A stretch of DNA of 64,000 nt from assembly GCF_009914755.1 (NCBI RefSeq), contig NC_060925.1. The stretch is one strand, 5' to 3'. The DNA is from the human T2T-CHM13v2.0 reference genome, Homo sapiens. Position numbers and translations under genes: made by a program. Positions 39,001 to 52,413 of this stretch are shown here, piece by piece (the first letter of the stretch is position 1; each line of letters begins with the position of its first letter). Below the pieces are notes generated by a model. The model was not told the origin of the DNA. It saw nothing but the letters and a program-made list of their open reading frames with translations, and made no database searches.

Positions 39001-41573
39001 CAAAAGGAAATAAGTACAGCCTCCCTGCTAGGGACATAAGAGTGTATGGATTCTGAAGGAGAGAAGATGACTAGAAGGCTGTTATAACTCCCTCAGAACC
39101 CAAACGTGGTTAGCTGGGAAACAGCATTTCTTCAGAGCCATCCTTTCTTTCCTCTATGGGACTTGGAACCTGGATGCTATAATTGAAAGCCAGTATATAA
39201 AGCATAACACTTCAGACTACTGTTAACATCCAGCCTCCTGCAAGGCTGCCTCCTAATAGCTCTGTTTTCTGCCTACAGTATGTGCAAGCAAGTGGAACCA
39301 TCACATGCCCTGCATGCTAAAGGCCGCAGCCTTTGTCTTCTCCAAGTTCTGTCTATTTCAGAGGCTAACATGCAGCAATTAGTCTAATTAATGTGAAACA
39401 ATGAGCTGTGTTACCACTTATCAAATTGATTGTTCCCCTATCAAAACAAAACAGGCTGGCTTTTTGATGTAATTTCAAGAGATGATTTGAAATGTCATGT
39501 TGCTGCAAGCCAATTACCTTATGACTAGAGTCACGGTCAACAGAATACATAATTAGCTTGAGTTTGGGAAGGCTGCTTACTGCTAGTATGTTAATTAACT
39601 GTCTTTTGTCATAAAACAAAAAGGTTGTACGAAAGGTTTTGAAATAGGTCTTTTTTATTTACATTTCTTTGTGCTTATCAACGTGAGGCATGACGATGCA
39701 AAAGAATAGAAAATTTTAATTCCACTACTTCAAATTAATACCCAGCTGCAAGGTCAGGCATAACGTGCAGGCTGCAATACCATTCACCTCACTCTAGTCC
39801 TGCCCCAGTGTATTATATTACTTGTGGAGTTAAATTAAGTATCGGGTAAAACTCGAATGTAAGAAATACTGAGCTTGAGGAAACAAATCCCCTAATAGAC
39901 TTCTTTGGGGTCTCACATGTTTTTGTGCATCTTGCCAGGACTGGACAGTGTTCGGCTGCCCTGGGAATTACATTCAGGTGTCAGCTTTCAATCTTGAAAT
40001 TTGGAGAGAATAAACCCATCATCAAATGATGTTATTGCCTTTACCTCAATATGGTAGAGACAGAATGCATAATGGGCACCTGTGGGCTAGTAAAGGAATC
40101 CTATCTGTGAGGCCAGGGCTCTGTAACTCATCTGTAGCTTCCTCTCGTATGTGATAGCTTGGCAATTCCACATTCTTGATTAAGGAACCAATTCTGAATT
40201 TCTTGAGCTTTAATGCATTCTGGGAGTAGCTACCATCAGTAACTGACAATTAACAATCAAGTCCATGGCAGACTTACGCCATGGTTTGACATGAATATTA
40301 GCAAACTAGCTTCTGGTTTGGAGAACAATTTGGAAGTCCCTCGAAGTCTAATACAATTGTTCCACCGTCGAATGGCATCCTTTCACCCGCAAAGACGGTT
40401 GGGAGAGGTTCTCTTGGGGATCTCATAATTGTCTATGAGAAATGTGTTACCATTTTGTGGGTGCTTAAAAACCCTTCAATTTTTCTCTGGATGTGGTTCA
40501 GGTCTGATAGTCATATTAGAAAGTTGATCAAGAGTCTGAGAAAAACATATCACATTGCTATTTTTGGATCAGTTTAATTTACAAACTAGACTTTCTGTTC
40601 TAACTTGTTTCCATCTTTCAACATAGTTTCTTTTATTTCTGATATAATTAAAATCCTTAAAATATGATATGGAAAATATTAAATAAAGGGGGCAATGTTT
40701 TTTCTTTTGGAATATGGGTTTCTCATTTTGGTAATGCAGGGTAAAGAACCTTGAGGTACAGATATCTGACAGAAAGGAGGCAGATCTCAGCTGTGTTAGA
40801 CGGGAGAGAACAGTAAGTTTCCGGTATTCTCTTAATCTCTTTGCAGCAGATTCTCTACCCTTTGCCAATAAAAAAAAAAAATCATGAATTGTAATTATGG
40901 TCTTTACAGGGAGTAGATGGGTGAAAGAGAACCAAGATGAGGATGGCTATCTAAGAAGCCTGGCTCATTAAATAGTATTAATGCTAACCATTGCTGAGTG
41001 CTTTCTTGGTGCCAAGTATAGTACTAGTCCCTTTCTACATTTCAGACAAACCACAAAGCCCAATAGAGTCATGGGCTTAGTATGTGAGGTAGCTAACAAC
41101 AAAAGAAATGTGCTAATTTCACAGCTGGGCATGGAGACTCTAGTGTGTCTGACACACTCCTGTTTTGGAATCAAAAGGTCTTAGAACCCTATAGTTGAGT
41201 GAAATCTTAGAGACATACTTAACTTCCGTTCCAGTGTGGAATTCTTTCTATACTGGCCCTGACAGATTGAATTGAGACTCCTTTCAGGGAGGGGTCTCTT
41301 TGATGGAATTTGGAGAAACATCCAAATATGTTCCAAAAATTTTTGGATTCGTGCTGATAAGAAAATGTAGAATTCTTGATGTTTGGTTGCTATTATATTA
41401 CTGTAAAGCTAAGGCAGAGCTCATAGATAACATGAGGTGCTACACTTCTGAACTTGGGTTACTTGGAAGGACAAGACAAAATCCATGTAAAAAGGCTTGG
41501 CTGAATAAAAGTCCTGTCTGAACGAGAGTCTTGGGTGAGTCTCAATGAGAGAGCATCAATGAATCTAAAATTT

Positions 41574-41877
41574 ATTTATATATGTATTTACGTATGTATT
41601 TATTGAGACAAGCTCTGTCATCCAGGCTGCAGTACAGTGGCATGCTCATGTCTCACAGCAGTCTCAACCTCCCAGGTTTAAGCAATCCTCTCACTTCAGC
41701 CTCCCAAGCAGCTGAGACTACAGGCAGGTGTCACTCCACCGGCTAATTTTTGTATTTTTTGTAGATGGGGTTTTGCCATGTTGCCCAGGCTAGTCTTGAA
41801 CTCCTGGGCTCAAGCTATCTGCCTACCTCAGCCTCCCAAGGTGCTGAGATTACAGACATGAACCACCATGCCTGGCC
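41574..41877 (-). mobile_element. AluJ-type element
   Basis: Antisense dimer; TSD tgaat(c/a)taaaattt at 41560 and 41878. Confidence 0.93.
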
Positions 41878-42149
41878 TGAATATAAAATTTTAAATGTGG
41901 GGACTATAACATCAGGTTTGATCATAAACAAGTGCAAAGGTTTACTTGTAACATTATTTGCTCCCAGCTCAGGTCCCAATTTGACCATTCCTCAGTTGAT
42001 AAAAATCATTAAGCAGAACATCAAGTTTCATATGATATAATTCTGTCAAAGAATTTTCCTCCTATTTTTTTCTTTTTTTTTCTCAAATGGGAAAGAAAGA
42101 AGAAAAGAGTTAAAAGGGAAGGAAAGAAAGGAGGGAGAGAAGAAACTGT

Positions 42150-42400
42150 TAAGTCACTATTAGTTGCCAGGCACTGTGCTAGCTTACATGTCTATGTACT
42201 TTCGTACAGGGTGCTACGCTAAATTTTTGTACTACCTCATCAAGTTCTCATAGCAACCCTGCAAGGTGTGTACTATTTTTCCAACTATATCTTTTTGCCA
42301 ATGTTAGTGATAAGTCAAGAAGCCTTAGAAAGGACAATTAAGCCAAGGCTCTGAAACTAACTTTGACTCTAAAATTCTACTCCTTCCAAATGCACAAGGC
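42150..42400 (-). mobile_element. MIR
   Basis: tgccaggcactgtgctagc...tcatagcaaccctgcaagg. Confidence 0.65.
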
Positions 42401-43710
42401 TGTTTGGTGTTTTTATTGTTGTTTTAAAATTTTATTGTAAAAGCTGAACTGAACAAGGGTCTGACTGCTTTTTTACAGTAAAAAAAAAAAAAAAAAAAAA
42501 CCCCATGAGAACACCTCCAATTGTCATCATTAAAAATGGAACAAAATGAATTGGGGACAATAGCTAGCTCCATCCTATGAAGCAGTATGATGAGTTACAT
42601 TTCTATCATTTGAGGTCTTGAGGATGAGGGATTTAAGGAATGCTGAGTGATAGCAACATTTTTATGCTGAATTCCAAATGCTTTCCTGAAATTTAAGAAC
42701 ATTTTAAGACAAATCAGTGTGTTTAGAAAACAAGGTATTTTGTTATGTTGTTCTCCATAAAACCTAAAATTCCTCAGAAATGTTTTCTTCAGTTTTAAGC
42801 AAACCTTGAACATGTGCAGAAAACAATACTCAACGGAAAGCAACATCTTCACCAGCCCATCTAACAGGTGGGCCCCTCAAGCCAACAGGACTGTTGCCGC
42901 TCTTACTGCAGACGTAAGGGTAGAGGAGGGCTCTCTGGAAGGACCAGGATGTGGCACAGCTAAGGGGCATGAAATGAGCTGTCCTCATAGGCACATTCTT
43001 GAAATGGCAGTCAGGCACTTGGCTCGCCTCTACCACCTTGCACAGAGCTAAACATCTCTTTATGTCAGAACAAATTGAGCAAGCCTCAAATCTTTTTTCT
43101 TTTCTCTGACATCAATGAGATGAGTGCATAAGCTCAGGGAATGAATGAGGAAGAGAGAGACAGAAAGGGGGAGGAAAAAAGGACAGTTCAGTTCACATGA
43201 AAGCACTATGACACAGCTACACACCTGCAAACTGTTCCTAGGAGCTCTTAGAATCTTTTATGAGTGGTGGTGGCGAAAACAGAGAAGCAGCAGGGCCAAA
43301 TCACCACTTTCCTGCACTCAGATCACCAGGACTCAAGTTCTTTCCCCACACCTGCACCAGACACTTCAAGACATGCCTCCATGCCTTTGCGCAAATGGCA
43401 GAAACGCTTGGCCCTTTTTTCTATGCCATCTATTCCTTTTGCTCTTGCTTACAACCTGCTTATCTATGTTCAGAGCATGCAGCATTATAAATTAATCCTT
43501 ACATGATTTCACAGTGGCATATATGTCAGTGTTTCTGTATGTTAAGTCTCAAAGAAAATGTAAAAGTCCAGAAAGTATCCAGCTGGGAAGATGGCAAGAC
43601 AGTACACAAGGGGAGGAGACACAATGTTAGAGAACAGCTGGAAAGCCTCAAAATATATCTGATAAAAAGACAGTGGTATACAGAATGTGGTGGTCAAGTA
43701 ATAGAGGGCA

Positions 43711-44040
43711 GAATATATATATTATATATATTATAAATTATATATATAATATATATATCTCCATGATATTCTATATGGTATATAGTTTATATATAAAATC
43801 TGCCTTCCAAGTATTGCTTTTTGGAAAGTAGAGCTAATTCTTAAACAAAAATGGATGTGTGTGTGTGTGTGTATGATATACACATGTATATATATAACTC
43901 TATGATATATATAACTATGATATATATACATGTATATTTAACTAATATATATAACTATGATATATATACATATATATAACTCTATGATATGTGTGTATAT
44001 ATGTACATATATATAACGTTATGATATACATATACATATA
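43711..44040. repeat. (TA)/(TG)-rich low-complexity tracts
   Basis: Seen directly; the inner part repeats atatataact(ct)atgat. Confidence 0.9.
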
Positions 44041-46699
44041 TCCATTTTTAAGTAGCCTCGCTTTCCAAAAAGCAATATATTTAGGAACAGACCAATAGAA
44101 GAGGCATAGAGAAACTAAAATGTAACCTGCCTTTATGCACAGCCCTGATCATACCAGATCACTGGGCACTGTTTTGAGAGGCAAAAATAAATTTCAGAAA
44201 CTAAAGAGAATAACAATGAGTAAAATACTGGATTACTGGATTTAGCACAAATATGAAGAATGTGAATTCTACAAAGATTTCCTTTTTAAATAAGAGATGA
44301 TGGTGGCTCTTGAGGAAATGTTTGGTATGGGAGAAGATAGGACCTATCAAATAAGATGAGATAATATAAATATTTCATTTAGTCGTTATCATCTCTTTAT
44401 GATGATGAGAAGACATTATTACCATATTTTTTATTCTAACTCATAAAAAATGGTCTATCGTCCACATTTGTAATGGGCTACAGCACACTAATCTTAGTTT
44501 GGCATAAAGCTCATACAAACCACTCAATATTTTCAATATAAATGTAATGACTTCTGATTTTAGGGAAACATAACAATGCTCAAAAAAAATCACTCATTAA
44601 CTCTAACCTCTCCTATTGGTCATTTATGTAAGTACGCGCACTTGCAAAAAATAAAATAAACTTTCTGCATATTCATTATGAAGAAGACGGATGACAATCA
44701 GTAGGAGAGACAGCAAATTTCTTCTTGAGGATTAGGCTCCAATTGGTTGAATTTCAACATCAACCTGGCAATTTTACTATTAAGTCAGCAGAAGTGAGTT
44801 CTTATACACTACGCCACTTACTACCGGAGAACATCAGGCAAAGGGAAAAGAACACGCTAGAATAAATTGTGCATTATTTCTGGCATTAGTTAAAGGAACA
44901 GAGCATTATAAGAAAAAAATACAGTACCATTGATTTTTACAGGTGTTTAATACAGATAAGCTGAAAAAAGGGTTTCCATTTTAAGCCTAGTGATGGCTAA
45001 AGATGCATTCAAATATGTTCAAAAGCAATCTAAAGTCTTCTAAAATGGTGTTTAAGCTATTCAGGCAAAACGTAAATAGTTTTTGTCATAGTACTGAGGA
45101 ATGTAGAACAAAAGCAGTGTCCAAGGAGCTGACTCTGGCACACGGCCGGCCACTGTCAAATCAGGGAGGTCATTAAAACAGAGGTAATACTGTTTATCCA
45201 TTATATGATCAAAGGTTATTTAGGGAAAACAGTAACAGACTGTCCTTAGAAAGGTAGGAGGCATAATTACCCTGGAAATCTCCAAGTCCCACTCTCCAGA
45301 GAAGATACCAAAAGAAACAATTACGTTAAAGAGTCAAACATATGCTTAAAGAGTTACTATATAAAATAAGTAAATCCTTGATTTTTTTAACCTTGTCTGT
45401 TTTTAACATATTTCTTTAAAGCTCAATTTGAAAGAATAGGGAAATTTTTGCTTTTATTGAACAACCATAAGTAGATATACATTGAACTGCTTTGCAAAAA
45501 CCAAATTTAAAAATAAGGTTATATCTGCACAACCACTCAATGGGTAATTTTTCTATTTACTTATTTCGGGGAGTCCCTTGGTCTCCAATTTCTGCAGAGC
45601 TGTGTGTTCATGTAGTAGATTGCATAATGAACATGGCAAAAAAAAAGAATAACTATTTTTGACCACACAGACATAGCACTCATAGATGCTATAAGAATAT
45701 AGGTTTGTTTTTGGCATTCTTCACTATATACTAGGTTTTGTCTTCCTCTCTTTAGCAATCAGTCTTTCTTTCTTAGAAATAAATTTGGTAACTCTGGCTC
45801 AAATATAAATTCAATTTCTATGATTTCCAGCTCTTGCTCATCTTTTTAATCCACCCTGTTTTCTCCATGACCTTGGCCAGATACTCATTTCTCTTTCTCA
45901 TTACTACTGTGATCATATCCTTACTGATGGTATAGTACATCCTCTTGAATAAACATCCAAGAAGAACTCATTGTTGCCCAAAGTCCCTCAGGTCAGTTGA
46001 CCAAAAAACATGAATTTAGGGTCTATTTTCTATGCCATATAGCAATGAGGATAGGGCTGATATAAATGAGGACAGAAGGGGTTCCATATACAAAAATATC
46101 AGGCTCCATAACAAGTATTGGAATAATTACAAAACATGATGTTAACTGAGACAAAAGAATGCTGTGCAGCTGAACAGCTGAATGCTGTGGAGTACAAGCT
46201 AGAGGAGTAACTAGAATTAAGCTGGATGCAGTTGCTACACAGATGCCCAGTCACTAACAGATCTCGTGAGCTGTGATGGCTGATTCATGTTCTGGAAATG
46301 CTAGAGTAGAAAACCCACGACTCAGATACATTCGTCTGTTAAACACGTGATATGATCAGCTACAAGTCAGAGCACCTCAAGTCATAACCTTGCCAAGCCT
46401 GGTTAGTGATAATTCTGGACACTAAGTGGCTCAGCTGTGACCCTCTGTGTGTCTCAGAGTTTCCATATGGGAAATGTCATGGGACTCTTTTGAGTTATAA
46501 AGGACATGTAAAGGAAGACTTTGTGGTATCAGTAACTTAATAATATTCAGGAATCTCGTTATACTTGTAATATTATGGAACTTAGTTATAATGGGTCATG
46601 GAGTATGTCCCAACTCAGAGGATATCGAATCTGTATAATACAGATTTATAACTAGTATCTATTTTAATTCTACATAGGTTGGGTGATAGGGTGGCAAGA

Positions 46700-46910
46700 A
46701 CATATATTTTTTTGAAGCCAGAAAATTAAGATTCAATTCTTTGCTTGACCAATGGTGAGCAATGTTTGGAAGTCATTTAAGTCCATCTGTGGCTTGTCTG
46801 TAAAGTGGTGAAATAGTAAAACCTGCCTTTTTCAGGGATGTCATAGTGAAGCTCAGACAGGTGGATATGCATGAAAGTGATCATAAGTGCCTGCACACTA
46901 TACACACATA
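46700..46910 (+). mobile_element. MIR
   Basis: gaagccagaaaattaagattcaattc...tctgtaaagtgg. Confidence 0.55.
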
Positions 46911-48214
46911 ATTGTTATTCTTCTTTCCCTAGATTTGTACTACAAAGTCCTGCTTATGTCGGGGGGACATCACTCAGAAAACACACTCATTCCCCTAGGA
47001 AAGAATTCTTACCACTCTTGTGAATTTGAGGAATAGTATCTCAGTTGCATTAACTGGTGTTTATTAATGTATTATGAGCCTCTGCTGTGGCATCTGATTC
47101 ACAATAAAGAGATTAAGCATGCTAATTTGTCATTTATTTTCCAATGCCTGCTTTCCTGCCTGCAGCACCACTAATATCCCAGGAGCTCCTCAACCCAATT
47201 ATTTCCCATTTTGCATTACTGCTGAAAGTAGTGCTAATGTGCCCAAAAGGCTTAAGTCCTTGGTCATGGAAAAAAAAAAAATGATGCTTCTCTCCCCACC
47301 ACAATGCTATTGTCATTTGCTGAGAAGAAACACCCCTGGACCACTGGGCCATATCTAGTAATCAAACCAAATTAGCAGCCTGACTGCACTGTGGACATGA
47401 GCAGCAGACCTGTGCTTATTTAGTATTTATTTTTGGGGTGGAAGAGAATTCCATCTGTAGAATGAAATTCACAACCTACAGGGAGTTGAATTATACGATG
47501 GTTATATAAACAGTTTTGTTTGCTTGTTTGGGGAATTGCTGGTCAAAATCACTCAAATAACTGGTGAACTCAACTTTTTCATCTCAAAAAATTAATAAGC
47601 AGTTGTTTAGCCAAATCCAAATATTAACTTGCAAACTAATTTGTGAATACAGACACAACTCATTATTAATAGAAGCAGCATAAAGATTTCTCATTTTCTA
47701 TGCTTTTAAATCCAGCCTTATAAATGTTTTTTAACCTAACCATGTAATATTTCTGCTACCTTCCTCAGTCTTTCACTTTGAAATGCGCTTTTTGCTCATC
47801 CCAGGAGTTTCTGTATTGCTTGAGGCAAAATACTCCAGCACACCTTCACAACTATAAACTGTAAACATTTCTCTGCCTTTTTCTGTCCAAGGCTCAGAGC
47901 CCGTTTAAATGTCGGTGGATAGTTTCAGAAACATACTAGACTCCACAGTTGCCAAAAATAATTATTGTCAAAACTTGCCAATTTCCCCAAGAACGTAAAA
48001 CTTATATTTTTAAAATTTGATAATTTTAGCTGTGAGGAGATACTGATTGAAAACAGATTGTTATTTATTTCAAAGATGTTCAGCACCAAAGATGAGATGC
48101 AGCAGATTAAGTTAATCTCTATGAGGTTATTTCTTACCATTATTTTCTTAAATCCTCCCCTCACTTTAATCAAGAATAGGAATGTTAAGGGCTTGACGCA
48201 GGGAAGAAGCATAG

Positions 48215-48570
48215 ATTAGCGGTTAGCATAATAGCATGAAAGCCAGGAAATGTGAAATCTATTCTGGGCCAAGTGGTCTTAGGTGAGCACATTATTTACA
48301 GCCTCAGTTTCTCCATATATAAAACCAAAAGCATTGCACACACTGAAAATGAGAGCTTCACTGTGCTGACATTGTTCAGTGCTGACTATGTGCCAGGCAC
48401 CATGCTCAGGGCTTTAAAAGGATTACCTTGTACAATGTTAGTATCTACTTCTTAGTAGATAATATTATCATCCAAAGTTTACAAATAAGGTAACTGAGGT
48501 ACAGAGACATTAAGTAAATGGCCACACAGCTGGGAGCCAACTGAGGAGGCTGAGCTCTAACCCACAGACA
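48215..48570. mobile_element. Two opposed MIR remnants
   Basis: gcctcagtttctccatatataaaa (+) then tatgtgccaggcac...aactgaggtacagaga (-). Confidence 0.75.
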
Positions 48571-49459
48571 ACACTGCCCTCTAAATTGTTGGTTTGGCAT
48601 TATCTGGAAGGGCTTTGTGGAGTGGGATATGCTACACACCTAATCCAGAAAATTTCCAGAATAGTGGCCCAGATTTTTCTCTCTCCTTTTGGGGCTCTGT
48701 GCCACCTGCCCTGGGAAAAAGACCACCCGGGCTCAGGCCTCCCTGGCTTGGCTGCACCTGGTAGCCCCCACATACTGCAGTTGCGACACAACAGTGCTTT
48801 ATCTGCCAACTGAACCCGAGACATTTGTGTTCGGTTCAGCGCAGCTGGTGGAGGGAGGCTCAGATTTCCGCCGCACTGAACACAATGAAGCAGCCCTGTC
48901 ACAGGACCATTACGAAAGCACATGCTCCCTGGCTAATTTTTGTAGCATAAGGGTGTAGACTATTTAAAACTATTCCCCGCCCCCAGCTCTTAAATGCCTG
49001 CCTAGGAGTCAAGTTCATCCAGGGGTCTATTGGCCATATGTTATTTGGTGTCACTTGTTTTTCTGCATATTGGGGAACACACACACACACAGGAAGTGGC
49101 TTCCAGAGGAAAATGTTTATGATTGCTGGCAGCCTGGATACCAAATGGCTCACATGCAAAGTGTAAAGGAACAACGCTGCAGCTCCTCTGCTCAAACCTG
49201 GTGTCTGTAGGAAAAGCCAACTTGAACTTGACTTGCACAGATGCTAAAGAAATACCTCTTTCACTACCAGCATTCATCGTGGGTCATCAGAGTTAACTCG
49301 CCGAAATGGGAGCAAAGGTTTAAAGGTCTTATCACATCACATCCTGGAGTACTGTATGGAACATGGTTTCAAAATATATCACATTCATGGGTGTTCATTA
49401 CAAACCGTGGTCATTTAATAACACATCTCATAATTGTGGACTTAATAGGAGCTATTAAA

Positions 49460-49587
49460 AATGATAAGTATGTGAGGTAATACACATGTTAATTAGCTCA
49501 ATTTAACCATCCCACAATGTACACATATTTCAAAACATGTTGTGCCCAATAAATATATACAATTTTTATTTGTCAATTTAAAAAAAA
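49460..49587 (+). mobile_element. L1MA 3' terminal fragment
   Basis: gataagtatgtgaggtaatac...atttttatttgtcaatt followed by an A tract. Confidence 0.85.
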
Positions 49588-51744
49588 GAGCCACTGATCT
49601 TCACATTCCATGATGTTGGTTAAACAGTGAATACTAACATAATGCCTTTTGTGGCTAGGCCAAAAGCAAATAAGCATTAAGCTACAGTAAAAGAATCACA
49701 CTCTAAGAAACACACCCGAGTACTTTAACATATCTGGAATAGGGTTGCAAATGGTGCATGCCTAAGTTTTCTGAAATTCAAGAGTTTTGACATGCAGTTG
49801 CTAGATCAATATTTGCACATTTAAAAGATCTAAACTGAGTTAAGAGATGCTTTGTATCCACTAAAATCTCATTGAAGGGAAGAGAAATAAACGAATCATA
49901 CATACGACTTTTAAGATGTTTTGAAACAAGTCCCCCTAAAAAGAAGGCTTTCAAAGAAGGCAAACATTGAAGATTTGCTAATAAAGAAAAATATCTTCCC
50001 AAATAAGTGATTCAAACAATGTGGGGCATCTATCACGGTTTCATTATCCTACTCAAGGTTTAGAGAAAACATTCCTTAAACTTTCAGTAACCAGATATTC
50101 TCATTAGAAAACACTGACCGCCTTCTTTCAAATATCACAACCAAATTTAAACAATTTTGTAGGAAAGCATCAAAGAGTGCAAACCATTGTTATTAAAGAA
50201 AGAAAATGATAAAAAAAAAAAAACACAGGTTTTGTGGGTCAATATGGAGCAGACTTTCTTAAAAGGCGAAATATTTTGGCAAAACTTACCCTAAACACAC
50301 ATTCAAATAATGTCTGGAAGTTGTGAAAAGACCCTAGGAAATGAACTCTTCTCCTTTCTACAAATATTGAGAAAAGAGCTACCAGATGCAAATGAACTGC
50401 TGAACTCAATCTGTGGTCTTAAAAATGTATTTCAATAGAATAGCCAATGTATCATCTGAGTATGAAAAAGATGTACCATAATAGCATTCTGAAAAATGAA
50501 TTAGGAACACATTGTCATCAACTCCAGGAAAAATAATAAAGGTAGAAAAGATTAAGAGGCAAGCATATCTTTCGGAATTGTAAAATGGGTTTATAGGTCT
50601 TCTAATAACAACTTTTACTCAAACCTTACATAAATAGGCTTAGATGATACAAATATTATGTGGGCTGTGTGGACACTCCCAGGTTCCTAATCATGTTTAG
50701 GGATTACTCGACAGAACAGAGACATTTCATTCCTATTGGGCCGAGGGATTACAGCAAAGAAACATCTAATATTCCATTTTTTAATTTCATGCATTTTTTA
50801 TTTACCTTTAATGATGCTGTATATATTCATCATCCTGAAATATTAAAACAGTATGAAAAAAGTAATAAATTGGTGGAAAATTTAGGGAATAGGAATGCAA
50901 CAGCACGCAAATCATACACTATCAAGTGCTTGATACACATTTAAAATTACTGCCTACTACGGCAAAGCCAAATTCCTAGCAGATTTCTGAAGCACAAAGT
51001 CACAATAAGAAGATCAGCAGAACAGACTGAAATAATAGAATATTCATCCCTCTAATCCATATGCAATTCTTCAGGGCTTTTTTTTTTAACAATGCATATG
51101 AGGTCTGACTGTATTCGGGATTTAAATAAGTTGTCTCCTTCTTGCTCCTCTCTATTTTTGTAAAAAGAAAAAACTATATACAGTTATCATTTCTGCACTG
51201 CTGCACCAACAATGACAGGGTTAGCACATTTCCTCACACCTCAAATGAAACAATAGCATTTTTAAACAACAAAAGTGTTAAAAAGGAATACATTTATTCA
51301 TCCCACTAAAACCTCCTGAAACAGCTTTTTGGGAAGAAGAAAAGTTGTCATTATTGATGGGGGGAAATGAAGTGACGTTTTTTGTCATTTCATTACCAAT
51401 GAATGGATTGATACTATAATATAATATTGCATTTAAATACTGAGAAGAGCTAAGGTTGGCATTTTATTTTTGCTTCACTCACCTTCCCTTGCAGGGAGAT
51501 GAGAGTGCCTATCAGGCATTATTCAATATTGTAACAAGGACTAGAAAATTGTAGAGGAATAAAGAACCATCATCTGGTTTGGCATGGGCACTTCTGGAGG
51601 GCACTTGACACTCTAGGAAAAAGAAACGGCACACTGGTCATCAGATGCCCTGTTCAACAAGATGCCTGGCATGGTCCTCATCCTCTTAGCTCATGCCCTC
51701 ATTGCCAAGAATTAGCAGCTATCTTCCAGTGGCTGCTGTGGGTT

Positions 51745-52413
51745 TCTTTTTTTTTTTCCTTCAACTTTCATTTTAAGTTCCAGGGTACATGTGCAGGATG
51801 TGCAGGTTTGTTATATAGACAAATGTGTGCCATGGTGGTTTGCTGCATAGATCATCCCATCACCCAGGTATTAAGCCCAGCAACTATTAGCTATTCTTCC
51901 ATATGCTCTCACTTCCTCCCTTCCACCTACCGCAGGCCCCAGTGTGTGTTGTTCCCCCGATGTGTCCATGTGTTCTCATCACTCAGCTCCCACTTATAAG
52001 TGAGATCATGTGGTGTTTGATTTTCTGTTCCTGTGTTAGTTTCCTGAGGATAACAGCTTCCAGGTCTATCCATGTCCCGGCAAAGGACATGATCTCATTC
52101 TTTTCTATGGCTGCAGAGTATTCCATGGTGTATATATACCACATTTTCTTTATTCAGTTTATCATTGATAGCATTTGGGTTGATTTCATGTCTTTGCTAT
52201 TGTGAATAGTGCTGCAGTGGACATACGTGTACATATATCTTTATAATAAAATGATTCATATTCCTTTAGGTCAAATGGTATTTCTGCCTCTAGATCTTTA
52301 AGGAATTGTCACACTGTCTTCCACAATGGTTGAACTGGTTTACACTCCCACCAACAGTGTAAAAGTGTTTCTTTTTCTCCACAACCACAACTCGCCAGCA
52401 TCTGTTGTTCTTT
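51745..52413 (-). mobile_element. Older L1PA (about PA13-16) 3' end
   Basis: ggtacatgtgcaggatgtgcaggtttgtta, ccacaatggttgaact, ctcgccagcatctgttg. Confidence 0.92.

Noticed and set aside
36892-48976. Shared CTATTTAAAA(A)CTATTCC motif at 36892 and 48960, and shared GCAAGTGGAACCA near 37570 and 39288
   Set aside because: Short matches of this length are expected by chance in a 64-kb self-comparison
50660-50944. 94-aa plus-strand ORF
   Set aside because: GTG start, no recognised family, length compatible with chance
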